From positions 44,577 through 108,576 of the forward strand of contig JAAOMT010000706.1 of the NCBI GenBank assembly GCA_016748015.1: a stretch of DNA of 64,000 nucleotides, in the 5' to 3' direction. A program made the position numbers and the translations under genes. Source of the DNA: Geosiphon pyriformis uo1. Its lineage: Eukaryota > Fungi > Glomeromycota. The notes under the pieces were generated by a model, which was given only the letters and a program-made list of their open reading frames with translations, was not told the origin of the DNA and ran no database searches. Positions 12,461 to 24,720 of the stretch are shown here, piece by piece (position 1 is the stretch's first letter; every line of letters starts with the position of its first letter).

Positions 12461-15400
12461 TTTTTTATTATTATTATATTTAATGAATAAAGTTTAAATA
12501 CTATTTAGTATAATACATCAAACTAAGTAATTTAAACTAAATATAAATTATGTATTTAACTATATATAACCAGTTATTTAAGCCAATTAAGACAATATTA
12601 TATATTTATATATATAAAAATTATATTCTTAATATCTGAAAAAAATGAACAAAATTTGTATATTAAAACCAATCTTAAAAATTTTAGCAATTCTAAACAG
12701 CTTAATTATATTGTCAGATAGCAAAAATAACAAGCTAATAACAACTCTAAAAATAATTTTATTTTATAAAATCAGACTATTTTTTTCCATAAAAGCTTGA
12801 TATTTAAAACAAACAAGCCAAATATTATTTTTATAATTCAGTCCAAAACTATATATAAAGTTTACAATCTTACAACTAGCTATTTTAGCATCTTTAAAAA
12901 CCGAAAAAAATTCTTAAAACCAGTTTTTAAAAACAAATCTCTTATAAAAAGTTAAATACACAACAATATTAAAAAAAACACAAAAAAAACAATTATAAAA
13001 CAAATAAAAAAAACTTAAACAGATCAGAAAATATTTTTTAAATAGTCATATAAATATCTAATAGCTTTTGTAAGTCTCACTATCTAATTTATAAGAAAAA
13101 ATGTAATTTAAAAACTTAATATTTCTATAAAACAAACATAAAACACTATAATAGTATTTATTATATAAATACTTATAAATAATTATAAACAGTTTGTAAT
13201 ATAAAGTAAATATAAAATAAAAACATGTTTTAACTGTAATTTTGCTTATAAATTCAGCCAATATATAGAAATCAGAATATCATATTAGTAATAATTTGAT
13301 CCAGTTTATGTTCTCAAATAAGCTGTCTTTTAAAACACAAGTTTTAAATTTAATCTCTCAATAAATATAATAGATTGTTTAAAAAATTTTATAAATAAAA
13401 CACTTTATATTTTCTAAAACAATTTTATAACTAGTTTTAATAAAATATTTATATAAACAAACTAAAAATATTACATCTAAAAATAAAATATTATTAACCA
13501 AACTATTAGCTTTTTTATTATTTAGAACACTTATATAGCTCTTAATTTTGTGCCAATTGATACTTAAATTTTTTTTAATAATATTTACAATGTGTTAATA
13601 CTTGATTTAACATTAATTATAAAAATCTGATGATACCAAAACTAACTCCAAATAATATGTATTTAAAGTTATTAGTTATTAAAAATAGCTCAATTATACA
13701 AGAAAAAAAAATACACTTCAAAACAAATACAATAGCCTACAATTTAACAATAATAAAAAAATTAATTTAAATACTATAATACTTAAATTAAAATTTACAT
13801 TCTTAAAAAAAGCTATAACACTAATCTTTATTTTAGTAATATTTAAATTATTTATAAAATTATCAATATAAACAGAAAAGCAGATCATATTAGTGCCCAA
13901 CAACTAATTATAAATCAAATTAAATTTATACAAACCAAAAATATATAAAAACTAAAAGTCATTAGTCAAAAATAAAATAATAGAGCAAAAAAACCAATTT
14001 ATTTAAAAATTTAATAACAAATTTGAACAAAGCCATAAAAATTTAGTCTTTCTAATATTTAAAAGTTTTTTAATTAAAAATATTACTTTTTTTATCATAT
14101 AACTGTTTAATATAGGTAATATTAAACTATTTAAGTAAGTAGAATATTTCAAAGAAAACAAATTTATTCAAAACAATTAACATTAAAGTATTATTTCAAA
14201 AACAAAATACTAAACATAAAAAATTAACTAAAGACAAATCATAATTATGAAAGATACAAATTATACTAACCAGAAAATTGTTTATTAGACTAACTTTAAA
14301 ACAAATCAAAAAGCACAAAAAATAATAGAAAAACCAGTTTAAAACTTGTAAATCAAAAAATTTATGATTAAACAAACGGCTCAAAATGTTACATGTATTA
14401 AAAAAACTTAGCATAAAAGCCAACTTGTTTTTAATATATATCTGTTTGAAAGTTTTTAAGTCATACAAAAAAGAATAATAAATTGTATTATTTGAAAAGT
14501 CTAAAAATAAACAAGATTTAGATTTTAAGTTCTTATAAATCATAGTATTCTATTTATTACACACACTATTAGAAACAAAACTAAATTGAATTCTATAACT
14601 GATAATAAAATATAGTATTGTCAAAACTAAATAAAGAAATTGTTTGTTAAAAATAGTTTTTTTTTAAATTTTGCCAGCAAAAAATTTAATATTTGAATAA
14701 GTTTTTACCAAATTAAGCTTTAATAAACCTTTTATTAAAAAAAATACCTAAATATTTGTAAGGTTTCTTTTTCTTAACTATTGAAATAAGCAAACTACTG
14801 ATTAACAAAAAAAATTTGCAACTTTATAGTTAATTAAAATGACCACTATTTTATTATTATTAATTAAGATATTATTAACCCAAAAAAACTTACTTATAAT
14901 GTTCAAAATATATTGAATTATAATTTAACTGTTGTTTACTTAAATAGTATTATTGACAAATATATTAATAACAAAAAAAGATGTTATATTAACTTGATTT
15001 TTTATATGTCTTATCTTAATTATAAACTTAAAATTGATCTTGTATTTATATACACTTTTTTGCTTTTTGACTTCACACAGCAGAAAATCATAAAAAATAT
15101 GCCAAAAAAGAGAAAAAAACACTTTATTCTAATCCAATCTATTATGTATTAATATTTATTTATTAAGCTAAAGTTTGTGATTTTTTTCCAAAATGTTTTT
15201 TATAACAAACTAATAGTAAAAATCAAAAATTGTGTAGTTATTTTTTTTAAAACTGAGAAATTATTCTCATAAAAAACATTATGTTTACTACAAACCAAAA
15301 AACTTTTGTTCAAAAAAGTTTATAAGCAGTCTCAATTAGTACAATAGATTTTGTGTTGGTTAAAACTTTTTTTTACTCATATAGCTTAAGAATTATTAAC

Positions 15401-16420
15401 ATTTAAGCTTCCTTTTAAAACTAAAAAACCGATTTACTTATTAAGCAACTGTTAAAAAAATTCAGCAAAAAGCCCAAAACTAAAAGATTACAATGTTTTT
15501 AAAGTTTATTAGATATTCCAAACAAACCAAAAGCTTTCTCATTTAAAAACTCTATTATAATACTTAATATTTTATCAAAGCCAATCTTATTTATAATACC
15601 AAAAAAAACATCATTAGTTAAATAAGTTAAGAGCAAGTACTATTAATGTTAATTATCTAAAATATTCTTTAATATTCACACTTCTTTGTTTATCTTTTTA
15701 TAATTAAATCTATTTAAAACTTAACTTTTTCAGACTTCAGCACCAAATTCTTACCATTCACCAAATAATTCAAAATCATCTTGCAAAAAAAACACTCCAA
15801 AATACTCTTGATAGTGTAGTCTTTGTTAACTTTAAAACTTTTTATTCTCTTATTAATAACAGTATAAATTTTTACAACTTTAGCTCACTAAAATTCAGCA
15901 AGCTTTAACACATGATATATTTTCTCAATATTAACTAACTTAAATCTGACTGTATTAAGATTGACACCCAATGCCAAAAGATCTCGAACATAACATATAT
16001 ATAGATTATCAAATAACAACCAACAAAAAATTAAATCATTTAACTCACAATTAAAGCCCAAATATAAAGTTTGAACAATTTTAGATACTAAAACTTTCAA
16101 TTTGTGAAAGTGCAATAAAATTTTAGTGAAAACACTATTAAAATTCTTGCTTCAAGATTTGGAAAAACTTTATTGGCCAAAAATTAACAATTTTTTTAAT
16201 AATATTTTACATAGAATCTAAATCAAAAAGCTCTTTTGAGAGACCAATATATTTACCAAACACAATAATATTTGTCAGTATAGCATCCTTAAATTGAGTT
16301 TATATGGCTACATTAGCTCTCTTAAAGTTGTATTTCTATTAATTTTTGTTAACTTGTTTATAAAAAACACTCAAATACACATCTAAAATACCAAAAAAAT
16401 TAAAACTAAGACAAAAAATT
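12461..16420 (-). mobile_element. Second, 5'-truncated and heavily C>T/G>A-decayed copy of the same LINE family
   Basis: Collinear with about 4580-8710 by eye: the 3' UTR at 12480-12600 matches 4594-4715, FWHIFYDFLLCEVKKQ matches LWCIFYDPLLCEVKRQ, and FHKLKVLVSKIV matches FHKLKLLISKLV. It has a (TAA)n tail at about 12461-12478 and a deletion of about 155 bp in RT near 15180. Confidence 0.9.
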
Positions 16421-16940
16421 GTAATGTCTAAATAATTTTAATAAAAAATCTAACAAAATACATTTAGTTATTTATTTTTAAATTTGAATTACATTAATAC
16501 AACAAAAATTTATAGAAAATTTTTGAATAAATTCAAATAGTTTAAAAGATTTAATTATTAAGTTTTAAGTTAACTTATTAAAAATTTTGAATAGTATTTA
16601 ATAATAAATATAAATAATTTTAAATTAAATTAATAGATTAGAATGTAATAAAATTAAATATATATTAAGAATGTTAAATCTAATTTCTGAAATAAAATAC
16701 GTAATTTGCATTTGTAAAAAATAAATTAAGAATAATTATTTATTTTATATATAATTTTTAAAATATTTAGGTATAAAATCTGATAAACAAAAACAAAGTA
16801 TTTTTTTGATTGTTTAAAAACTCCTTAAAAATTATAATATTTTTATTTTATAATTAACAAATTTACTTTAGTGCCTAATAAATATGTACATGATTTTGGT
16901 TACAGCCAAAATAGCTTTTTATATATCATTTTTCTAAGCT

Positions 16941-19660
16941 ATGAGCAATAAAAAGAAAATTACTAAAGACAAAGTTAGTACTTCTTTGGCAGTCAATGCT
17001 GATTCGACTATAGAAAAAAAAGAAAAATAGATGAGAATCAAGATTCTATAATCCCTGAAATTAGTATATCTAATATATTTAACTTAAGTATATATCTTTT
17101 GAATTTAAAACTAACTCAAGGTAAAGTAGACTTGGTATAAGTATTATTTTTTGGAGAATTATTTATTGTCATCTACAAAAAAAATAGAGTTCAAAAACTT
17201 TGGCATTAATGATAAATCTGCCCAATATGATGTGGGCAAAAAAGAAGTTGAAGAAATCAAAAAGTGGGCTCTACAATAAGTTAATGAGTTTCTTAAAAAA
17301 AAGAGCAAAGAGTTATTCCTTATAAAAAAAAATTTTGATATAATTAAGACTAACAAAATATCTGGTCAAACCTTTCTGTTATTAACCAAAAAAAAACTTA
17401 TACAAAATGGCATGAAAAAAGAACCAATAATGGCAATTGTTACTTTGGTTAAAAAACTTAAAAGTGAAGAGCAAGGTAATTAGTGAGTGAATATTGTAAT
17501 CATCTGTTAATTTATGATCAAATATTAAGAAATAAGATCATATTGTGAGAATAATTAGAATGCATAACAACATACACATTAAGAGAAATATAGAATAAAG
17601 ATAATAAATATTATTATATCTGTTTTCGTCTATTATTTTGATATTTTGTTTACTACCTATTTTTTTTTCTTTCCTTTTTTTTCTTTTATAATTATGTTAA
17701 AAAAAGCTAAGTATTAGGTAAAGAAGATTTATACAGATAATACCAAAAGTAAAAGCAATAAGGCTTTAGTCACAGATACATTTAAGTACAAGTTTGTAAA
17801 CAACCAGAATTTTGTTGCCAACTTTTACAGTCACATCAAATTTTGTTTGTTAAAGTGTTACAAAAATGATAGTTATTCTCTATATATTATATTGATTCAA
17901 AGCTTCAACTATAGGATGTTCTGCCTTATCACAGAGATTGCACAAGATATCTATGTTTTATATGTGTGCTTTTGACCACCAAAGAGCACAGGCTATTCTT
18001 TTTCATCAAGCATTGCATTCAACATTCTTGAGGAAATGCAGTTCGCAAAAATCAGCTGGTTTGAAACATTTTTAGAATACACAGTTGCTGCACTTGGTTG
18101 TATAATTCAAGATAGTCTGACATTTTCCAAATATTAGAAAATACAGATGGATTTCAGCAAAGAGAAGAAGTTCTGAACTGACATTACTACTGACCTACAA
18201 CATGCACTTAATGTAAGTTTTCTAAAGATAAAAAGTATTTCCAAGCAACTATATATAACTTCTGAAGTACTCACACTCAAATTTATGCTGTGTCTAGATA
18301 AGTCACATATTCTGACTACAACAATTCACAAAACAAAGAAACAATCTCTATTTAGGATGATTTGATGTGCTTTGTAAAATATTAAATGAAAAACCTTTAT
18401 GTGTATTATATTAGATACAGCTAGTTGTCTGTCCAATTTCATACCAACTGTAAAACATGAATTTTTTCTGCAGCTTTCAAATATCAAGCCACTTAAGTTG
18501 CTTTTGCCATTCATTAATATTTCAATAATAGATGCATTGTTTATAGAACAAGTAGAAAATCTAACTGACAGATTTTTTCTAAGTCATGTCTTGTGGACTG
18601 CATTGCTTAAGTTTGGCATATCAATTAAAAAAGCAGTTGAAACCACAAAAACAAAGTTGTTTGGTGGCACTGCAATCAATTTGCTAAGCATTTTTTTTAC
18701 TGCTAAAACTAATAAACAGTTGGCCATGATTATTGTTATTATGTCTGTACTAATTTCTGTAAATATCTCATTATAATTGCATTTATTACATCTGCTAATA
18801 AATAGCTGCATGGCTATTTGTATTTCCATTAAAGAAAACAGAAGCCAAATGCTTATGATGTATCTATCTGAACTTATTTTTGCTGAAGCTATTATTAAAA
18901 AACAGTTATATGATACTAGTGAAAGTTCTTTAGCTGTTTGTAATATCATTTCAATGTGAATTCATTGATGCCAGTTACTATGACAAACTTGTTGCAAATA
19001 ATTACATAGTAGAATTGCTTACAAAAAAGTCAGGACAAAAATAGATTTTACACAAAAAAATTATCTTTCAAAGAATTCTTATCTTATTGTTTAGTAATTA
19101 TGATGCTCTAATTACAACTAACAATTCTTGAAAAGGATTGAAACTGGATAAATTATTACTGGAATTCATTCTATGCTTTAATCATTTTATATAGATAGAA
19201 TATATTCTAAACAGTAAATTGCTTTAAATGACTGTTTAAATAAAGTACAGTTGCAATTTTGAAGTTTAATTAACCTGACATTGACCTTTTTATTCTACTC
19301 AAATGATGAAATGCTCAATTTACATATGTTACAAAATCAGTAAAAAACAGAAATGTTTTATAGGAAGGTTTTAATTATACCAAAAACTTAATTTATAAGA
19401 TAAAGCTGCAGTATATATTCAGAGAACAGAATGTGATGACACTGTTATCATTCTTACACTTATGTTTCTATTGATCCTTGGATGACAAAAAAAAAAGATT
19501 TTATCTGTTCAAGTAGATGAAGCAAGAGAAGTTTGATTAATACTTAGCTGTCTTTTCAATAATATCATTTGTCTGTATTTCTCCTAAGATTAAAGAACTG
19601 AATATAATACTAATAGCCTATGTTAGTCTATTTAATGACATGTGAAACAGTAAGACAGTT
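16941..19660 (+). pseudogene. Decayed SAM-like domain + P-loop NTPase gene (Crinkler-associated NTPase type architecture)
   Basis: 17245-17476 reads EVEEIKKWALQ*VNEFLKKKSKELFL..NFDIIKTNKISGQTFLLLTKKKLIQNGMKKEPIMAIVTLVKKL, a SAM-like pattern (W..V.FL...L...I.G..FL.LT...L..G). Degenerate Walker A QSFNYRMFCL at 17898-17927 (reverts to QSSGYGxSRL). Walker B-like FMLCLDKSH near 18280, then IILDTASCLSNF. Many stops. Ends are approximate. Confidence 0.7.
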
Positions 19661-20303
19661 ATAGACAGAATAACAATAGTAAAAAGTTTTGTTCTGTTAT
19701 ATTATTTATTAGACAATTGAAGTATATATTTTTATGTATGAAACAGCAATTATATAGTTTGCAGCTGGTTAAATTTTTTTGTAACAAGCTTTGTAATAAA
19801 AGCATATTGTTTTTAATTATTTTTTATTTGGCAAGCAATAAGCTTTTATAAATGATGATTTTTAATTATAATATCTGTATAATTAAAATTATTAAAAAAA
19901 AATATATTAGTTAAGTTGGCTTTTTATTTTCTTGTTCAAATTAATAGTAGTAATAATAATAATCTAATACAATTATTGTTAGCCCAAAAAATTTGATAAG
20001 TATTTAATATTGGGAATTTAATTGATAATTAATATTAAATAATGACTGTTTAAAAATAAGTACAAATTGCTAAAATTTTTATATATAACTGTTAAAAATA
20101 AATTTATAGTTTTTAAGTATTTTAATTAAACATAATATTACTAGAAATTATTTTGTAATATTGTTAATACCAATTTTATTTATTAATTATATTGTTAATA
20201 AAACTTTTAAAGTTTTATTTATTCACCAATTGATTTTAGGAAAATCTTATGTGATACATGTACATTATGAAAATAATATACTGAATTTAAAATAAGATTT
20301 GAG

Positions 20304-20469
20304 CATTACCATTACCATTACCATTACCATCAAAAATCAAAAACATTTACATTTTACTAATCAAAAAGTATTGTTCAAAGAATTGGAAAATCCAATGCTT
20401 ACGGCTATTTTTCTATTACCTCTAAGAGTCTCAAATTGAATATGATGATGATGATGATGATGATGATGA
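20304..20469 (+). repeat. Microsatellites (CATTAC)n at about 20304-20330 and (ATG)n at about 20442-20469
   Basis: Directly visible short tandem repeats. Confidence 0.85.
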
Positions 20470-21509
20470 ACTTGACAGATGTTTTTAATATTAGTTATTT
20501 TACTTTGAAAAAATTCAAGTATCCTACTACTGTAGTTAAAAAATTATTATTTATAAACGTAATTATGAATATGTAAAAGAATTAAAAAGAATTTTTAAAA
20601 GTTATACTTTATTTCTCAAAACTTTTTTTAACCAAAAATAATTATAATTCAACTAGTTATTTTGAACAATGATAAAAAACTGTTTTAATTGCCAATTAAC
20701 TGGTTAAAAAATTTTTTGTGGATTTCAAAGCACTATGAAATAATAATAAAGGTATATATCCAAAGTCTAAATATTAATCTATTTTCAAAAGTTAAAAACG
20801 AGAAAAGTTTGAAGTATAATTTTAAAAAAGTTTGTAAAATTTGTTTCAACTTGGTATTCCTCTCCCTCCATTCCCATTCCCCTTCCCCTTCCCCTTCCCC
20901 TTTGATTTGGAGCAAAATAAAACCCTTTCTTACATTATAAATGTTTATATTACATGTATTCGAATACTAGATCCTCGATCTGAATAGGTAAATATTTGTT
21001 TTTCCTTTCAGAATGATTTTCATCTAGAAAATAAAACACATGAGGACTGAATTTAAGGAATATATATATATTATCTTTTTTAGTGAATCCCCATTTAATC
21101 AATTGATATTTGTCTGATTTATAATCACACTTTCGAAACTCAAAATTCTTGAATTTTATAGAGCCACACATTATATAGTATAAAATTTATTAGTTCTTGA
21201 GAACGTCACTTTCTTGAAAGATTATTAAAAATCATCCATTAGTGACTTTATTTATGATCAATATATAATATGAATCATTATAGTATTTGAATAATCGATT
21301 GAAAATAATTGGTAAATTTGTTATTCAAGATAAATATTCTTTTGATATCATCATATCGCACAAATACTTTCTTTTAACAGATGAATTTTTTTTTCCATTT
21401 TCCTGACAAAAAATTTTTTATTATGATTATGATTTTTATCAAGTAGCCGACACATTTTCACTTTCATTGACAGAAAAGTTTATAGCTATTAAATCTTGAA
21501 TTCCAAGTT

Positions 21510-22943
21510 TCATTGACAATAATTCATAACTACACCCATATATGGACCAGAATGTATCAAATCTCGTGGGACATCATCAATCGATTGACCAGCGTTGCAT
21601 TCCTTTATTTAAATATGGCAAATAATTAATGATTAAAATTTAATGGAACTAAAAATTTTCAAATGATGCTACCCACCATATTCTCTCCAGACATCCCACC
21701 ATGTGGGAATAATGTTCCATCTAAAATCTTATTTACTTTCCATCCTCTAGATTCATAATGAAATCCTTGACACTCCCATATTCTTGCCTCTTCAATACAC
21801 TCACATCTTGTGGAAGTAATCCAAAATTCTAATTCATGGTGTCCTAGAAAATATCTTCCAGTCTCACGCTTAGGAAAATGTGGAACGTGATCATTGCTAT
21901 GAGTCACACGGTTTACTTCTAGCCATTTATTAACTAATTGGGCGAAAACAACATTTCCAATTCGAGGAGCACCGAATGTTACCACTTTTACAACAGGATC
22001 AGAAAATCTAAACCTATTTCCAGAGCTTTTTTGATCCTTTAAATAAGCCTCAATCTTCCATGTAAGGGCGGCAATAGTTGCGTATGCTATGGAATATATA
22101 TACTCTATTTTTAAAACTTTTATTTTTAAAAATAAAAATAAAAATAAAAGATTTAAACATACCACCACCTACACCCCATCCTGTAAAGTAGAATTTAAGA
22201 TGTTCAGTTGATTCCATTTTTCGGAGAGTACTTTCATGAGCCACAAAAAAAGTTTTTTTTATGGAAAGGAAATTTTTTTGCCATTCTTCATCCACAAGAA
22301 CCAATTTATCGGGTATTAGATTGTCTACTTCGAAAGCTATGAAATTTGGTCGTCGATTTTCCCATTCATATTTCGTCAATTCTGGCCCTACAGTGAATGT
22401 AAAAATTTTTTGTTAAGCTAAATCTTTGGAATAAATTATTTATAATAGTGTTTTGACAAATAGATTTTACCAGAGAAAGCAAAAATTACAGATGATAAAT
22501 CTTTTCGCCCGATAGTAACTAAGTAGAATTGATTATTTTAAACTCTAAACTGAAGATTTCTTCTTTTTCTTTTTCTTTTTCTTTTAACACTAATATATCT
22601 CACCTGTGATTCGACGGCCACTCAATGGAGGGGTCTTTGCACAAAATGCAATATTGGATGAAATAGCCATCATTAAACTTTCTTGTATAAATTCATCAAA
22701 ATACGTGGAATTCGTTAGTTTTTTATTCGGATGATGAAGTGAACGTGAATTTATAGTATTTTCCCGGTTATTCAAATTATAATTATCCAAATTTAAATTC
22801 ATTCTTTGAAATGAACTTTGATTTTCTAATTTTGACGACAAAATCTTGATCTGCTGATATCTCGGATCGGACAAAAGTGAATTTGTAAACACTGAAGAAA
22901 TAATGACATTAAATGTCCAAAAAATAATTACGAATATCCACAT
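21510..22943 (-). CDS. Lipase class 3 (alpha/beta hydrolase) fold protein lacking the nucleophile serine; N-terminal hydrophobic segment
   Basis: Five exons splice in frame with GT-AG introns: MWIFVIIFWTF...AISSNIAFC...RIT|VTIGRKDLSSVIFAFS|GPELTKYEW...FYFTGWGVGG|AYATIAAL...VVTFGAPRIGN..FA...RVTHSNDHVPHFP...HHELEFWI...GENM|ECNAG...IHSGPYMGVVMNYCQ* (TGA 21512-21510). Confidence 0.9.
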
Positions 22944-24509
22944 GAGGGACGAAAAATTTCGATTGAATTAAAATAATATAAGAACGAGAATAAAATGGTA
23001 TAGGGCAAATTTTTAAACCACCACAGATATTTTGAAAATGATATATGACAGTTGGAAAATTCCTGATCCACGATCAATTACATGCGTGGGTAAATTTAAA
23101 CGTAAAAAAAAAAAAAACAATCGTCAAAATATTTAAAACGGTGTTTATGAACTTACTAAGCTAGAATATGTTTGTAACTTGGAAAGATTATTGATTTCTA
23201 AATATTTATTTTGAGCTCTTATTAAAATAGCTACATTTTTTTCTAAATACATGTACATCTAACCTAAAAATTGAACCCTTTGGGATTAAAAATTTATTTC
23301 TAACGACAACATTAATATCTTCACAAAAAGTAAATGGTCGAATTTTTTTTTTGAAAAAAACTTTGATTTTCACAACAGTCTCTTCCTAGTATAGGTCCCA
23401 TTATTACTAATAATATTTAAAATAAACAATTTCAAGGAATTGCTGCAAAAAAAATGGGTCCAGCAAAAAGCATCCAAGTTTTTCAAAGATTTAGAGTTTA
23501 TGAGATTATACAAAAAAAACTGAATTTTGAAAATTTAAATTTTGATTATTTTTTATGTGACAATTTTTTACATTCTCTTGAATTTGATTAAAATAGGTAA
23601 CAAAAAATTATTACCTATTCAATAAGACCAATAAAACTTTTTCATGTTTTTATATAGATATCTTATTTATTTATTTTACTAACCATTTTACAATATAAAA
23701 GAAAATGAAAATTAACTAGTTTTTTTCTGACTGTTTATAAAATTTTAATTAAAACAATAACAACAACAATAATAATAATAATAATTATCTTTTAAATACA
23801 ATTTAATAAATACTTTTATACTTTGTTTTGTTTTTTCTTCATTTATTTTATGTGTTTGTTTAAAATATTAAACCAATTTTAATAATAAGAAATAATTTTA
23901 TAATTTTTAATACAATTTTTATATTATATTTTGTAATATCATAGTTCAGAATAACAAAATAATAAATAACAGAAGGCAAAAAAATTGGGAAATGAATAAA
24001 ATTAATAATCAATTATTTCGGTTTTTTATTTTAAAAAAAATCAGTTTTAAAAACAAAATTTTATTTTTTATTTTTATCGTTTTTTTAAATTTGTATATTA
24101 TTAAAATTTAAAAGCCTTATTACCAGAAAACAAACAAACAAACAAACAAACAAACAATCTCAACTTTTTTAGACATTCTTTATGGTTTGTTGCATATATT
24201 CAAAGGGTTGTTAATATCTGATTTTTTAAACCTTTTTTTTAATTCTATTTTTATTATCAAAAACAAATTTTTTCAGAGTAAAAAGCTCAACATTTTTTCT
24301 TTAAACATTAAAAAAATAAAAAGACAATTAATTTTCAAAATTTAATTATTATATAGACTAAATCTGTATTTTAATATTAATTTTTAGTAATTTTTGTTGA
24401 CAAAATTTTCATAATTAAAAATATTATAATTTATTAAATGAGTAGCTTTATCTATTGAATCAAAAACTGTATATAAATAATTTTATGATTATGAAATTAT
24501 TTTTAAAAA

Positions 24510-24720
24510 TTCTTGGGCTGTTTATTGGTATCAAATGGGAGCTCAGGCTGGTGATTTGAGGTTATTAGCGGTACAAATAAAAAAGACTTTATCCATCGGA
24601 ACCGGAAATTGAATGTAGTCAATATAATTTTGCCCTATTGTTACAGTCGAGGAATTGGGATTGAACAAGATAAAGAGATGGCTCATTACTTTTTAAATCC
24701 ACCACAACTTATTGAGAATA
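24510..24720 (+). pseudogene. SEL1-like repeat gene remnant
   Basis: AVYWYQMGAQAGD and, after a frameshift, SQYNF/YCYSRGIGIEQDKEMAHYF are SEL1 consensus fragments with no intact ORF around them. Confidence 0.7.
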
